From NCBI GenBank assembly GCA_964016885.1, contig OZ024749.1:3286001-3350000 (forward strand): a stretch of 64,000 nt of DNA, given 5' to 3'. Below the pieces are notes generated by a model. That model saw only the letters and a program-made list of their open reading frames with translations. It had not been told where the DNA came from and did not search any database. Positions 1 through 13,810 of this stretch are shown here, piece by piece (position 1 is the stretch's first letter; the number at the start of each line of letters is the position of its first letter). The position numbers and the translations under genes are program-made. The DNA is from Eledone cirrhosa (Eukaryota).

Positions 1-520
1 CGTGAACATATAGAGGTTGTATATAGACGTGAACATATGAGTTGCACTGTGATCACCTACAGATGAGGTAAATCGTTTTTTTATGTTTCTCTATAGCAAA
101 TACTTCTAAACTGTATTCGGAACATATATTTTCAGCTCCCTTGTAGAAGTTAAGCACCTGTAATTACACGAACAAACCCACTGCATTGATTTCGCATGAA
201 TCCGGCTGGCACAGAGACATCTTCCCTTTACCAGATTTATATTAACATATTCTGATCGACCAGAAGTCACAAAACATCACAAGTGACTGAACACGCAAAG
301 ACATGTTTACGAGCTGAACTACTTCAACAAAAACATTTGTTTTGCTATGTGCACAGTGATAATTTTATTTTTTTGAATGAAGGAAATAGGTTTTTCATAA
401 GTACACCAGGAATGTCACTCTAAATGATGTAGATTGAAAATAGAATTGCGTCCAGCTTTCCTTTGTGGCCCCCATCTGCGTAACCCTTGTTAAATAGCAC
501 ACCATGGCCATCTGGAATAA

Positions 521-698
521 ATAATTGTTTCTACTTTAGGCACAAGGCCAGCAATTACCCAGTACATTACTGGTACTTTATTTTATCGACCCCGTAAAGG
601 GAAAGTTAACCTCGGCGGGATTTGAACTCAGACTGTAAAGGGACGTAACTATGCTAGAAAGCATGGCGTCCAACCCTCTACCGATACTGCCAATTCAC
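521..698 (-). mobile_element. tRNA-derived Nin-domain-type SINE
   Basis: A box TGGCAGTATCGGTAG, B box GAGTTCAAATCCC, central CGGGGTCGATAAAATAAAGTACC, AAT tail. Confidence 0.85.
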
Positions 699-1815
699 AA
701 TGTAACAGAAATATGGTCATCAATGAACAGTAGTAATATGGAATGGAATAATTTAGCATTTACATTATCGGAATTCATTTAAGTTCTAATAAAGTAATCA
801 TCGCAGTAAGGCGCCTGATCAATTCACTTGTTCCTATTTTTTCTTCTCCCCCCCCCCCCCTTTCCCTTTTTGTAGCTTCCCCGCAGAATTCCTGATATTG
901 CAGAAGCATTTTGTTAAATTAAAGAACTATTGTAAATTCCTTTAGCTTGATTCTGATGCAACTCAGTTTGAATTATGTCAGTGGTAATTCCCTTTCTTTT
1001 CCACCATTCAAAGCAAACTCAACAAGACTCTTCGGTCTTTTAATCGATCAGGTGAAGGATAATTTAGCGTGCCATGTGGCACAATTAGAGATCCATTGTA
1101 CAATTAATGGTTTCAGTTTTTTCTTCTGCTCTTATATATTTTTAGTTCCTTGTAATTTGTTTTTCTTTCCTTAATAATGTTAGTGAGACTGGTAAGTTAC
1201 GTCTTTTTTATCAGCACAAATCGGATATAATTATTTAGAATTCTATTCCTTTAAAAGAATTGTCGTTATCTTTCTATTATTTTTCTTTTTCTCTGGATTT
1301 AATATATTGAAATGGAATTCATTGTAGAGTTAGTAAGATGTCAGACTATCGAATATAGAGAACGTTTTCCTACCTCTGACTCCTTCTATCGCTGCTTATA
1401 TCATGGCTGTACATACAGATAATGTAGAAGAGTACACAACTGGAAGGTTGGCAGATCAGACTTATGGACTTTACATACAATCATGACATTCTCTTCATGT
1501 TGCTAGTTCTTTTCCGCCCGATATATCTCCTACACACAGCTTTGCTCAAACCAAATTTGTAATAAAAGATATTTGCCTAAAGTGCCGAGAAGGAGGGCTG
1601 GAACCACACAACAGTGAGAATATTTTATCTATCTATCTATCTATCTATATATCTATCTATCTATTATCTATCAATCTATCTATCTATATATCTATCTTTT
1701 TTATTTTGTTTTTATATTTTGTTATTGCCGCCTCCTTATTGAGGACGCCTTGTTTTGTAAACTCCCCCCATTGTACTTGTCCCACTTTTGATGCCCTGGT
1801 GGCAAATAAAAGAAA

Positions 1816-1904
<89 letters not shown>

Positions 1905-2618
1905 ATACTTGGGGAGGGTCATATTGTTGTAATAATATTGCCAGAAATAATAACAGAAGACACTCACTGTTGGTTTTCGCTTCTGTATCTTTTATATCTC
2001 CACTGTTAATTCATTTGGTCCTCAATGTTTATCATTGACTGACTAACGGTCAAAATTACAGATCTATGTGCACCAAGCCTCCATAAGTGAGCAACATGGG
2101 CATCAGCATGCCATCCGCATAGTGGCTTCTACACCCCTTTATTAAAATATGTAGTGTGGTAAAATTTTCGGCAAAAGTACTCAGTGAATTGAATATGTAT
2201 TGGATTCTTATAGAATTCCAGTAATAATCAGGAACTGATTATACAGAGCGGCTGCCGGTCCAACACACATATTTTTCAGCAAACAGGGAGAGTAGTGATC
2301 TTTGATAAGTACCAAAAAGTACGATACAGAGCTCTGTCAGCTTATCTCCCCTTGTTTGCTGAAATTTTAATTAAGCGACATTGTCGCTACTTTAAAACAA
2401 TAACGTATGGTCTTCAAAATGCTTTTAATTGAGCATGCAGTGTATTGCAAAATACACTATATATACATTCATATATATATATCGTTATTTCAGAGCACCA
2501 ATTCTAATTTTCAATTTCCGCTGGGCCGGCGACCGTTCTGTATAATCAGTTCCTGATTATTACTGGAATTCTATAAGAATCCTACACAAATAATTTTCAG
2601 CAAACAGGGAGAGTAGTG

Positions 2619-2663
2619 AGCTTTGATAAGTACAAAAGAGTACGAAACAGAGCCCTGTCAGCT
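2619..2663 (+). ncRNA. Type I hammerhead ribozyme, U3-A8 core variant
   Basis: AGCT-TTGATAA-GTAC(aaaaga)GTAC-GAAA-CAG(agcc)CTG-TC-AGCT. Paralogue at 2298-2342 has GAAA>GATA. Confidence 0.8.
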
Positions 2664-2774
2664 TATCTGCACGTCTCTGCTGAAAATTTAAGTAAGCGAC
2701 ATTGTCGCTACTTTAAACAACAGCGTATGCTTTTCAAAATGCTTTTAATTAAGCATACAGTGTATTGCAAAATA

Positions 2775-2859
<85 letters not shown>

Positions 2860-3303
2860 GCAGCTTTGACTCCATGTTCAGATACGTTTTTCAGATTTTG
2901 CATAGATCGAATTTATCAAATGTTAATATAAACTCGTTGTATATATATTGATTTTTTTCAAACAATATTAGTCATATAAACGATTGGAGTTCATATTTGA
3001 AATGTTGTAATAGTATATTGTAATAGAAATACCTAATTATTGTGTTGTGTATGATGATTGAGATAATATGAGGCTGTTTTTCTTTACCATTACCCTCAGT
3101 TCGATATGGGGAATATTACAGAATTAATTTCATGGTATTTGCATTAGCAGATGTGTTATTAGCTTTGTACCCTGTCCCATAATCCACTGGGGTATATTAA
3201 ATCAATTTGCCATTCTTTTATCTTAAACTGCTTTACTCTGTTTCTCATCGTACATTCTTGCGTATTCGGCGTTGAGCGTTAACTGAATGATATTTAGTCG
3301 ACA

Positions 3304-3350
<47 letters not shown>

Positions 3351-4089
3351 GTGTATGTATGTGTGTGTGTATATATATTGAAATTGAAGATGTTCTCACA
3401 TTGTCGATATTCATTGTCGTATATATTGAATCAATATTATCGCGAGAACATTGAAACTTTAATAAGGCTTCGCTCTATTTACATAGTTAAACTTTTAGAA
3501 TTGTCAGTGTGTATTTACCGAATTATATTTTCATCTGTTATTATTTGATTGAAATCTCTCCTTCTATATTTCATCTTAACATTTGAAGATGACACTTAAG
3601 TGTAATAAACGACAAAAGGTTGATATATTCTATATCTAAAATCGTAATTATGAATAGGAATGTAAGACGATGTAAATATATATTTGGTTGTTCGTGAGTT
3701 GGCGTGGCTTTTCCAGCGCGTCTCCCTTGCTTCCTCCGGGGAAACGCCTTCTCCATTCTGTCCGCCGGGGCTGTGGCTGGACCCCATCGCGTACCGTTGT
3801 AGTTGTTGTATACAGATATTAACTCATCAATTCCAATTCTAGAAACAGAAAGTTGCATCTTTGAAAATAAATTCCACGTTTACTGATTATACTTCTGTAG
3901 TTTAGTGATAAAGCCCAGTGCCTCTGATCTTTTTTTCAGTTGGAAGATCTACAATTAGACGTCAATACTCAACACCTCTCTTTAAAACAATGTTCGTTTA
4001 CTGAGTTCCCTAGTATGGTCCCGTAACTACTGATAGCATTTCAAATCTGTCAGAGCCAACGCCTCTCCAGGACTCAGTACTGCAGATTT

Positions 4090-4265
4090 TTTCCTGAGAG
4101 TGGAAGAATCGACCCAGTACCAGACTGGTACTGTTTTTATCGACCTCGAAATGATGAGAGTCAAAGTTGACCACGGGGGGATTTGAATTCAGAGAGCAGA
4201 GAGCAGGAACGAATAACATAAAGCATTCTATCCGACTTTCCAACGATTCTGCCAATTCACCGCCT
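4090..4265 (-). mobile_element. Diverged Nin-type SINE
   Basis: Same A/B box and GTCGATAAA...GTACC domain, more diverged. Confidence 0.7.
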
Positions 4266-4872
4266 ATGTGAATGCAATGGAATGTAAATGTAATTATTTC
4301 CAAAGAAACTTTGGAACCACATTTACACGAGTGTACAATGTAAATCATTCGAATTTTGCAATAATGCTATGGATAAAACTTCTGGGTCAAACGAAGATAT
4401 ATGATAAACGTTTCAAAGACTGTTTGTATAGGTATTTACCTCCACTGGCTTCATAGGGTGTAGATAAAATTTCTCCCCTGATTTACTACCATAATCTGTT
4501 TATTGACTTTCTTTAGTTGAGCCCATGCATATGCAAACAATTCTGGTACGTTTTTGCTCTACGAAAACAATGATTTATTGATAGATATTTCAGTTGGACG
4601 ATTAATCATCAATATTGTGGCAAAGTGTATATTCCTGTTCACAAATGGTGGGATATTCAATCGAAAATGAAACACCTGTATTATACTTGCTTCATATATG
4701 CATACGTACAACCGTAGCTCTGTAGCCGAGGAGCACGCATTGTTACAACGTTTTGTTGTGGTTCGATTTCAATACAGTGTACCTTAGTCATATGTTCCAT
4801 CCCTTAGTTTAGGGATGTATATAATTTGATGGGTTCGATTTTGCAGCGAGAATTCCTCGGTTTTATATCATA

Positions 4873-5457
4873 CTAGCAGTGGTACCCGGCGTTGCACGGC
4901 ATAAGGTATTGTGAAATATATAACCGCCTTAGCTAAGCTTAGTCTTGCCACAACCACGGCTGGCAAAGAAGTAAGGGTCTGGTGGTACGTAAGTAAACAA
5001 CACTGTGGCTTAAAACGTGAGGAAGAAGTTGTGTCCACTTACCAACTGTTTTGGGAATGAGTGTAAGATTTGTCTTGAGCAAGGGTGGCACAATAACCGG
5101 AGGTAGCAGACACCAGGCATTCAGACATATATTATAAGGGCGTGTTCTGGTCGTAGAGGGAATTGTAGAAAGTGACGAAATGCAGACAGCCAGACATACA
5201 GACAGATATTATAAGGGCGCGACGTTATATGTATGTATCTATCTAAAAAGCGAAAGACTAAGAATTATAGAGAGAGATCGCTAAATCGTCTAATGCGGTC
5301 CCTAGGGCATTGAACATTTGAAATTTCTTTTGCTCAGAACACTCCCTGAAACATAAGTATTATATGTGTAAAGTTTCAAAACAGTCGGTTCGTTGCTTCT
5401 CTAGTTTTAGGGATTCAAACTCATACACACAGACATCCTCAGGTTTATATATATAGA
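4873..5457 (-). mobile_element. Non-autonomous Helitron
   Basis: Minus strand starts TCTATATATATAA and ends CCGTGCAACGCCGGG hairpin + CTAG|T; internal ACAG repeats. Confidence 0.75.
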
Positions 5458-6012
5458 CTAGCAGAAAACCACCCGGTGGGCGGTTTTCTGCTAGCAAATC
5501 TAGTGTATATACTGATATTGTTGAGATTTGGATGAGAAATGTTTACGGCACCACATGGTCACCGTCTCTCGGTGTGTCTTTTATGCATGTATAAATATAT
5601 ATGTTATCTATACGGTGAAATCTTTGAAATAAATATATGTTAAAACGAAAAAGGAGAAAAAGAGATTAGTGACGGAAATATAAACGTTATGATACATAAA
5701 CGTTATGATATAACGATGGAAATATATCTTCAAATGGTCCTTGGCATGGTGTCAAGTCAGAACCGCCTCGAACTAGTTACTTCTGGCTTGTGCAAGGTGT
5801 CTCTATAGCAACCAGTGATTCCCTCGGCCTCAGTGATCAAAGTCAGTGGAGAGGGGAAGGTAATGTTTCTATAGCGACAGTGTTTCTCTTGGTAGTACCA
5901 AAGTGGAGAAAGGAAGGGGAAGGTAATATTTCTGTAGCACCTACATTTGAGTTTTAGGGAAGGACAGACAGACAGACAGACAGATAGACAAACAGAGAAA
6001 TGCCCATATATT

Positions 6013-6043
<31 letters not shown>

Positions 6044-6815
6044 TACACACACAGAAATGTAGATATATTTCTGTGTGTATATATATATATATATTACACA
6101 CACAGAAATGTATATATATTTCTGTGTGTATATATATATATATTTCTGTGTGTGTATATATATATTACACAGACAGAAATGTATATATATTTCTGTGTGT
6201 GTATATATATATATATTACACAGACAGAAATGTATATATATTTCTTAGAACAAAATTATTATTAATGTTTTGCTGTTCATAACAATTGGAATTGAAAAAA
6301 TACTTTTGAAATTAGTAGTTATTTTACTAATGCTTAGATATGTAAAAATGAAGCAATGTTTCTAATAATTGTTTCTACTTTTGGCACAAGGCCAGCAATT
6401 ATCCAGTACATTACTGGTACTTTATTATATCGACCCCGTGAGGATGAAAGGCAAAGTTAAATTCGGCGATATTTGAACTCAGACCGTAAAGGGACGTAAC
6501 TCCATGCTATGAAGCATGGTGTCCGACTCTCTACAGATTCTGCCAATCCACCGCCCTAATGTCTGTACGTAATGAGGGAGTGAGAGGGGAGAGAAAGAAA
6601 GGCAGAGGTGAAGTGACGAACTGACACTCTCCTCCTCCTCCATCTCGCTATTCGTCACAGCGATAGAGGGGAGGAATGTTAGTGTGTTACAAAGAGAAAG
6701 AGTGAGAGTGAGAGAAACAGACAGACTAAAAGAGTGGGATAGCAACCACGCGCGCACGTGTTTCCACTGTCGGACAGACAGACAGAGAAATTGCTGGTTA
6801 TATATTATAAGGAGA
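5458..6815 (-). mobile_element. Second non-autonomous Helitron, joined head-to-tail to the first, containing a SINE
   Basis: Minus strand starts A|TCTCCTTATAATATA followed by CTGT repeats and ends in a hairpin + CTAG at 5458-5461. Confidence 0.65.
6363..6556 (-). mobile_element. Nin-type SINE nested in a Helitron
   Basis: High similarity to 521-698. Confidence 0.85.
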
Positions 6816-7342
6816 TAATACATTTTGAAAGTATGTTAGATTTTGTAATCTACTAGAACGGAGGTTTTGACTTTGAATATTAGTCGAATAATTGGTGCAT
6901 ATAAACCCCTGGGGTGGCGCCACAATTGTCACGTCGGATATAATGTGTTGCCGTATCCATTCCTGCATTCTGCTCTCTGAGTTGAAATTCAGCGGAATTC
7001 AACATGGCCTTTATATATATTCGAGATTAATAAAAAGAATTAACAATCCATTATGGGAGCCACTCTGAATCCCTCTGTTTCAGCCCCGGAGAGGAATATA
7101 CTCCACCAGGTTTAAAGTGAGAAAACACACCGTATGTCACGAGTTAAAGATTGAAACTTGAGACGAGAACATTATATATTATCGATGATGTCCACATCTT
7201 TGTTGTGGCAGCTTTATATAAAGTACAATACTATCAAAATTCAAATTCACTAAATGCTACGTAAAATGATTGATTCGTTGCTTATAATAAATATATTAGA
7301 TATTATCAGGTTTCCTAATAATCTCTTTCATTATCAATATAT

Positions 7343-7525
7343 GGATTGGCAGTATCGGTAGAGGGTCCGACACCATGCTTTGCAGCACAGTTACGAACCT
7401 TTACGTACTGAGTTCAAATCCCGCCGAGATTAACTTTGCCTTTCATCCTTACGGGGTCACTAAAATAAAGTACCAGTAATACACTGGGATAATTGCTGGC
7501 CTTGTGCCAAAAGTAGAAACAATTA
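7343..7525 (+). mobile_element. Nin-type SINE
   Basis: GGATTGGCAGTATCGG...GAGTTCAAATCCC...GCCTTTCATCCTTACGGGGTC...GTAGAAAC. Confidence 0.85.
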
Positions 7526-7849
7526 TCAATATATCAACGAATTCAGACAGGAATAAAACGAAACCAATTTCAATTATCTATTAAACTACCCCCAGTACAT
7601 TATTTTCAACAATATCAACTCAACTATTTTCTGTTTGCTTACATTGGGTAAGTTGTTTATCTTATATAGCTGTATATCACACACACACTCTGTCACACAT
7701 ACTCACACAAACATACACACACACTCTCTCTCTATATATGTGTATATATATATATATTTATCTATCTATCTCTATCTCTTATTCTCTCCCTCTCTGTACA
7801 TATATGCAATATGCCAAGTACTTTATTTTTATACCATACAGCGTGTGTA

Positions 7850-7902
<53 letters not shown>

Positions 7903-8241
7903 AAGGTAAATTATAATAGTTGATGTTACAACAGTATGAAACATACGGATGGAATATTTTCGGTATACGGATTGGCGAAAGACAGTTCAGAAGTAAATCC
8001 AGTCATAATTTTTCCGGTCATTTTTTATTTCCAAATCACAGAACACGTATGTCACAATAGATACAGAAGAATCAGATCGGAGCATTAAGTATCTGAATGC
8101 CTTATACGGTTTAATAATTAAATAATATAATCTAACTTATAACTACTCCATTTGGTTGATCTCTCTAAATATCTATTTAGGATATCTCTTAAATCCATTT
8201 ATACATGTATATGTACTTACTCATGTGTATGTATATATGTA

Positions 8242-8300
<59 letters not shown>

Positions 8301-9068
8301 AATTTTAACCCGTCTGTTGAGAAATCTAATTCGATATGTGATATTTTGTATTTTTACAATAATATACAATACTGAATTCATTCGCCTAATATAGGGGTTC
8401 CCTCCCTTGCTAGTCCCCACGTCGATTTAGTAACGGGTTCCCTTGTATTTTTGAACTAAACGCCTGTTGAAAAAGTGGTTTCCTTGTTCATCATCTTACT
8501 AGAAGCCGGATATTTTTCATGTAAGCTGATGGTAACTGATTTAGGAGCTGCAGAAACCCAAATTCTGGAATTTACCATCTTTCCAGGGGCCCGGGTAAAT
8601 TTTTCATACATATATATTTTTATTTGTCTGACCCGAATTTTCTTGGTCGTATTTTCGGCTGTGCGAATGATTGTTGAAGCATCGTCTCTGTGTTGGTATT
8701 AAACGTTAGTTATAGCTCTGGTTTATCCAAACTATTGAGCACTTTCGAAGATTGTGTTTCGCTATTTCGTGGGCCGAGGTTCCGATTCTCGATAATTTAT
8801 TTGTAATTTTATTTTATATTCTCAAAATATAATATAGTATATATATATATATATATATCCAGTGGCATCTGTACAGTCGTGAACCAAAATTAAATTGCCG
8901 TCTGCTTTGTTTGAAACTTCTTCATGTATATTTCTATGTCGTTACCGCGTTTTAGAGCACTGATTTGTGGGAGAGGGGAGCGGAGTAGTGGGAGGAAGGG
9001 TTTAACATACAGTAGTAGTATCTCCTCTTCCCCCTCTCTTACTGAAACGTCTTCTCTCTCCTCCTACT

Positions 9069-9135
<67 letters not shown>

Positions 9136-9189
9136 TGAGATTCTACAGGACTAGAACTGTTTCATTCATAAGAAATCATCAGGAATCAG

Positions 9190-9242
9190 GAGATTCCTGA
9201 TGATTTCTTATGAATGAAACAGTTCTAGTCCTGTAGAATCTC
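9190..9242 (+). ncRNA. Type I hammerhead ribozyme (mirror copy on minus strand 9137-9187)
   Basis: GAGATTC-CTGATGA-tTTC(ttat)GAAt-GAAA-CAG(ttctagtc)CTG-TA-GAATCTC. Confidence 0.85.
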
Positions 9243-9326
9243 ATCTATATTAAAACTGTTATACTCTGCTATGTATTGAGTACCTTACTTACTGTGGTTA
9301 CCTCCGATTCAACCCGGAATAACGTA

Positions 9327-9360
<34 letters not shown>

Positions 9361-9364
9361 AAGT

Positions 9365-9570
9365 CTGTCTTAAGCCAGAAGGCTCTTTTGGTCGGTGCTT
9401 ATCCCGGTTTCATGGCGTGAAGCGACTGAGAGTACAAGACTCCCCCCTGGACAGGACGCCAGTCAATCGCAGGGTTAAACCTCGAGCTAGTGCTGGTACT
9501 CATTTTCATCTGAGTACACTGGAGCAACGTGAAATGAAGTGTTTTGCTCAAAATCACAACACGAAACCCA
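9365..9570 (-). mobile_element. CORE-like SINE fragment
   Basis: Minus strand TTGAGCAAAACACTTCATTTCACGTTGCTCCAG, shared with the 30245 and 43337 copies. Confidence 0.65.
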
Positions 9571-9597
9571 GGAATATACACACATATATATATATAT

Positions 9598-9659
<62 letters not shown>

Positions 9660-9661
<2 letters not shown>

Positions 9662-9695
9662 AGCAGTGTATCCCGGCGTTGCACGGGTAACAGCA
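9660..9695 (-). mobile_element. Helitron 3'-end motif (extent of element undetermined)
   Basis: GCAGTGTATCCCGGCGTTGCACGGG is nearly identical to the 4876-4900 terminus; CTAG is degenerate. Confidence 0.55.
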
Positions 9696-10119
9696 TTGGT
9701 AATACCGCATCAAATGAGAAACGTTTATTTGTGAATGCCTGTTAAAAACTCACGAAATTATACCGACAGGAAAGTTGTTTTATTTGGAGAAAATTAAGAA
9801 GTTGAAAGTATAGTTTAGCTTTCTACGTGCATTGTTCATAGAAATATTGTTGAGCCCCTTCTTTTCATACTCCTCTGTGTTGGCCTATTGGAGTAAATGT
9901 GAAAGAGAGAATTCACAGGTTAAGTTGGCAGAAGGTTCCAGTGTCCTAACAGTAAGGCGTAGGCTACTTACCTCAAAAGTTCATTGGCACTCTTTCCACG
10001 AAGTTACTCTTTCTCTCTATCCCTCTCGGTGCAGTCCCTTGCGAATTTCTCGCGTAGGCCTGGTGTAGATTTGCACCCGATCCATCTGCTTTTGTGCGGA
10101 ACATCCTCGTCATGTACCC

Positions 10120-10445
10120 GATCTCATCCCACCTTATTACACGGTCACCTCCTTTCATTTCACCTCATCTCACCTTATTACACTGTCATCCTTATCATTT
10201 CGTTTCATCTCATCCCACCTTATTACACTGTCACCTCCTTTCGTTTCACCTCATCTCACTTTATTACAGGGTCATCCTTATCCTTTCGTTTCATTTCATC
10301 CCACCTTATTACACTGTCACCTCCTTTCGTTTCTCCTCATCTCACCTTATTACACTGTCATCTGCTTTCGTTTCACCTCATCTCACCTTACAACAATGTC
10401 ACCTCCTTTCGTTTCACCTCATCCCACCTTATTACAATGTCCAGT
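10120..10445. repeat. Minisatellite, ~41-45-bp units
   Basis: Unit CCTCCTTTCGTTTCACCTCATCTCACCTTATTACACTGTCA, about 7-8 copies. Confidence 0.9.
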
Positions 10446-10617
10446 AACTTATGACCTCACTGAACAGCTATCTTTACTTTCAACTCTACCTGTATCTTTA
10501 TTATTGTTATTACCTTTATTTTTATTTCCATCATTAACTTATTGTCTTTTCATCCCACATTCTTTCCAAATTGGTGTTATTACCATTACTATTTTTTCAT
10601 TCCATTATCCATTATCC

Positions 10618-10782
10618 AATTAAAAAGAATTAATAGGAATTAAAATTAAGTGTTGGAGTAAGTTTTTTTTCCTATTCTCCAGTCCACTTCTGAGCAAGGG
10701 AGATGGGAAAATAACTTACTCAAAACACTTAATTTTAAATCTTTAATTTTTAGTTTTTCATTCCTATTAATTCTTTTTAATT
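10618..10782. repeat. AT-rich imperfect inverted repeat
   Basis: AATTAAAAAGAATTAATAGGAAT...ATTCCTATTAATTCTTTTTAATT with nested inner arms. Confidence 0.7.
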
Positions 10783-12698
10783 GTAATACTCAACATTTTA
10801 TATGAATTTTAATAATACATCGAAACCGGTAATACTTTATATACTTTATATACGTTATCAAACTTTTTTTAAAAAGAATTGTCCCTCTAATGTTTTCAAT
10901 AATGTCATATTTTCAATAATGTCACTTTGACGAATAAAAGAAAGGAAACAGATAGAAAGAAAACAGACCCTAAAATATATTTTCCGTGCTATTTCCAACT
11001 TCACCTTCTCTCTATATCCACTCTTTTGTATAGAACTTAACTGCCCTTTTCTAATTTAATCTACAGATCTAAACACTGTATATATATCAAATTTAACCTA
11101 CATATCTAAACACTGTGAAGCCTTTTAACTCTTAAATTGAGAAGCTATAGTATCATCGTATGATATGACAAATGTTAGCGGGTGATTTTGAGTAGTATGG
11201 GATGGTAATTGATTCTCAAAACGATAACCATATGTCACATTGATTAAGTAACAAAGAATTATACCAGGGTATTATGGGATTTAAAAACTCAGTGCTTACA
11301 CCATTTACGATCACTAGGTGATATATTCGTTCTTTCTTCTTTCAGCAATACTCTTTATTTCACGTCGGTCTATATCACACAATTGAAAAGAAAAAAACGT
11401 GCCTCTAATACAAAATGTAAACCAAGTCACAACGTATCTCAGCATTTATGTTTCTACGAGGTACATTAATGATACTCGTGTCTGTATAATATTCAGTCAT
11501 ATTTATATTAATTTCACGAGCAGGCCGTTCCTATGATCAAACAAATGTAATTTTTGTAAAGGTTCTAGGACCATCACATATGTTAATCTCATTTGGACAG
11601 TATTCTACATTTCACGGTCGGTTTACAGGGAACAGAGGCTGAGTACATTTAGGGCATGTTAGAAATCATAGGAAAATAAATTGACATAGTTGCACAGTCG
11701 TTAGACGATCGAATAAAATGCCTTAGTGTCGTCTTCTGGCTTACTGTTCTCTGAATTTGGCTTATTGTTCTCTGAATTTAATCCCAACAAGGTCAACGTG
11801 TGGGGAGCTGGATGTTCGGAATTCTTAATGAGCTGATATCAAATCCGTCCCTAAAATTCCTCCCCCAGCTGCCGATGTATCAGCAAAGGAAATACTGGTC
11901 GATAGTATCAGCACTAGAAATACCGTTGGCAACATTCTTTATTTAGTCTGATCTAGCGATCGATTCCTTTCGGTTACTTCTAGTAATCAGGGCCAATAAT
12001 TTTCTTAGGGATTAATTCCTGGACAAATACAAATATTTGAGGCGAAATCTTTTAGGGAAATTCCAGCGTTTTGTTCAAATATGATAGGGTGGGTGTCACT
12101 GATTATTCTTCACAGCAATACTTGTTATCTGTGCGGTTCAGCTGGAATACACCATGTTTAGAGGGATGAAAAATTTGGACCTTCTTTCACTCCACCATTT
12201 TTTCGATATTTAATCTTTCCTTCTTCCTCTTGTTTTTCCGTTTTGCTATTCACTATGATCCCGTACTTTGTTGCTAAACATTGTTTACCACAATCGCTGT
12301 TATGAATGTCATGCCATCTTTGCTTCGGCAATATTGTAACAAGTGAATTAATTCAAAAGCTTTAACACAAAAGCGGTGTGTAGAGAATGAGGACACAGCA
12401 TGTGTGTACACATCATCAACACGTACAATGTCTAAAAGACTGAATCGAAAGCAAAAGCATGCATGTGGACAATATCGATACACATTGTCGTAATTGGAAT
12501 TTTAAAGCAACCATTATGAATATTTTGCACTTGCTTTACATAAATTCCAATTATATTTTCTTCTTTTATAATTTGGAAACGAGTTGATATCGTTAAGCGG
12601 CGTATTCTCTGTGTGTCTCACTGTCGTTTCGCTATATCCCTTATATCACTCTCTTCGAATGCTTCAGCACACAGCCAGACACACTCACTCACAAACTC

Positions 12699-12784
<86 letters not shown>

Positions 12785-12814
12785 TACGCAACACGCACAC
12801 ACACGGACACACAT

Positions 12815-12879
<65 letters not shown>

Positions 12880-13085
12880 TAGATTCGTTGTGAAAAATCA
12901 TATATGAAGCAGAGGGAAGCATTTTCCCGACGAGGACCATTTAAGTTCGAAATGCATAGACAATCATCCCCCTTGCTTCTGTGCTGGATTCCGCTAGACG
13001 GCGCTTGCCGTCAACCTACTATTCATAGCAGAGGGTTTCAAAATGTCTATTTATTAAACATACCGTATATCATTAGATGTACGAA

Positions 13086-13169
<84 letters not shown>

Positions 13170-13224
13170 ACAGAAACATATATATATATATTTTTTTTTT
13201 TCGCTGCATTGATTTTCATCCCAG

Positions 13225-13810
13225 ATGTCCTCACAAGTAGGTCTACGTAGTGCACTCTACATATGAATAAAGTTCCACTGAAGCAAGTGGAGAGGTTCAG
13301 TTATCTCAAGGACGGGTTCACGAGTGAAGGAAGGTAGGAGGCTGAATTAAGCGTGAGAATGCTGGTGCATTCGGTAATCAGAAAAAGGTAGGTAGGTGTA
13401 AAAGCCAAAATTGCTATCTTCAATTTGGTATTCGTGCCAACCTTTCCCTACCGTCATGAATATCGGGTTATATGCAAATGAATACGATCGGAAATACGCG
13501 CATGGGTTTTTTGATTAACGTTACACGATAGAGGGCGTAGCTGAAGGTAGAGCCGCTACTTCACGGATTTGAGACGTCACAGCTCCGATATCATCGGCAG
13601 GTCGTTAGAATGCCTCAAGGTAGAATCACTGGACATATTTTATAGGCCAAACCAACCGACAGAAGAACCTGGGCTTGGCATCGTGCAAGATGGTTGGAAA
13701 GCATCCACGAGCTTGGCTGGTCTCACTTGGGAATCGAGCCGGATTAGATGTTGAAGAAGAAGAAGAAGAAGAAGAAGAAGAAGAAAAAGAAGAAGAAGAA
13801 GAAGAAGAAA
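13225..13810 (+). mobile_element. Decayed RTE-type LINE 3' end with (GAA)n tail
   Basis: Frameshifted peptides LKQVERFSYL, IAIFNLVFVPT, LKVEPLLL, VVRMPQGR, RWLESIHEL, then (GAA)n. Confidence 0.75.

Noticed and set aside
10120-10445. Regularly spaced repeats resembling a CRISPR array
   Set aside because: Whole units repeat without unique spacers; eukaryotic context with no cas genes.
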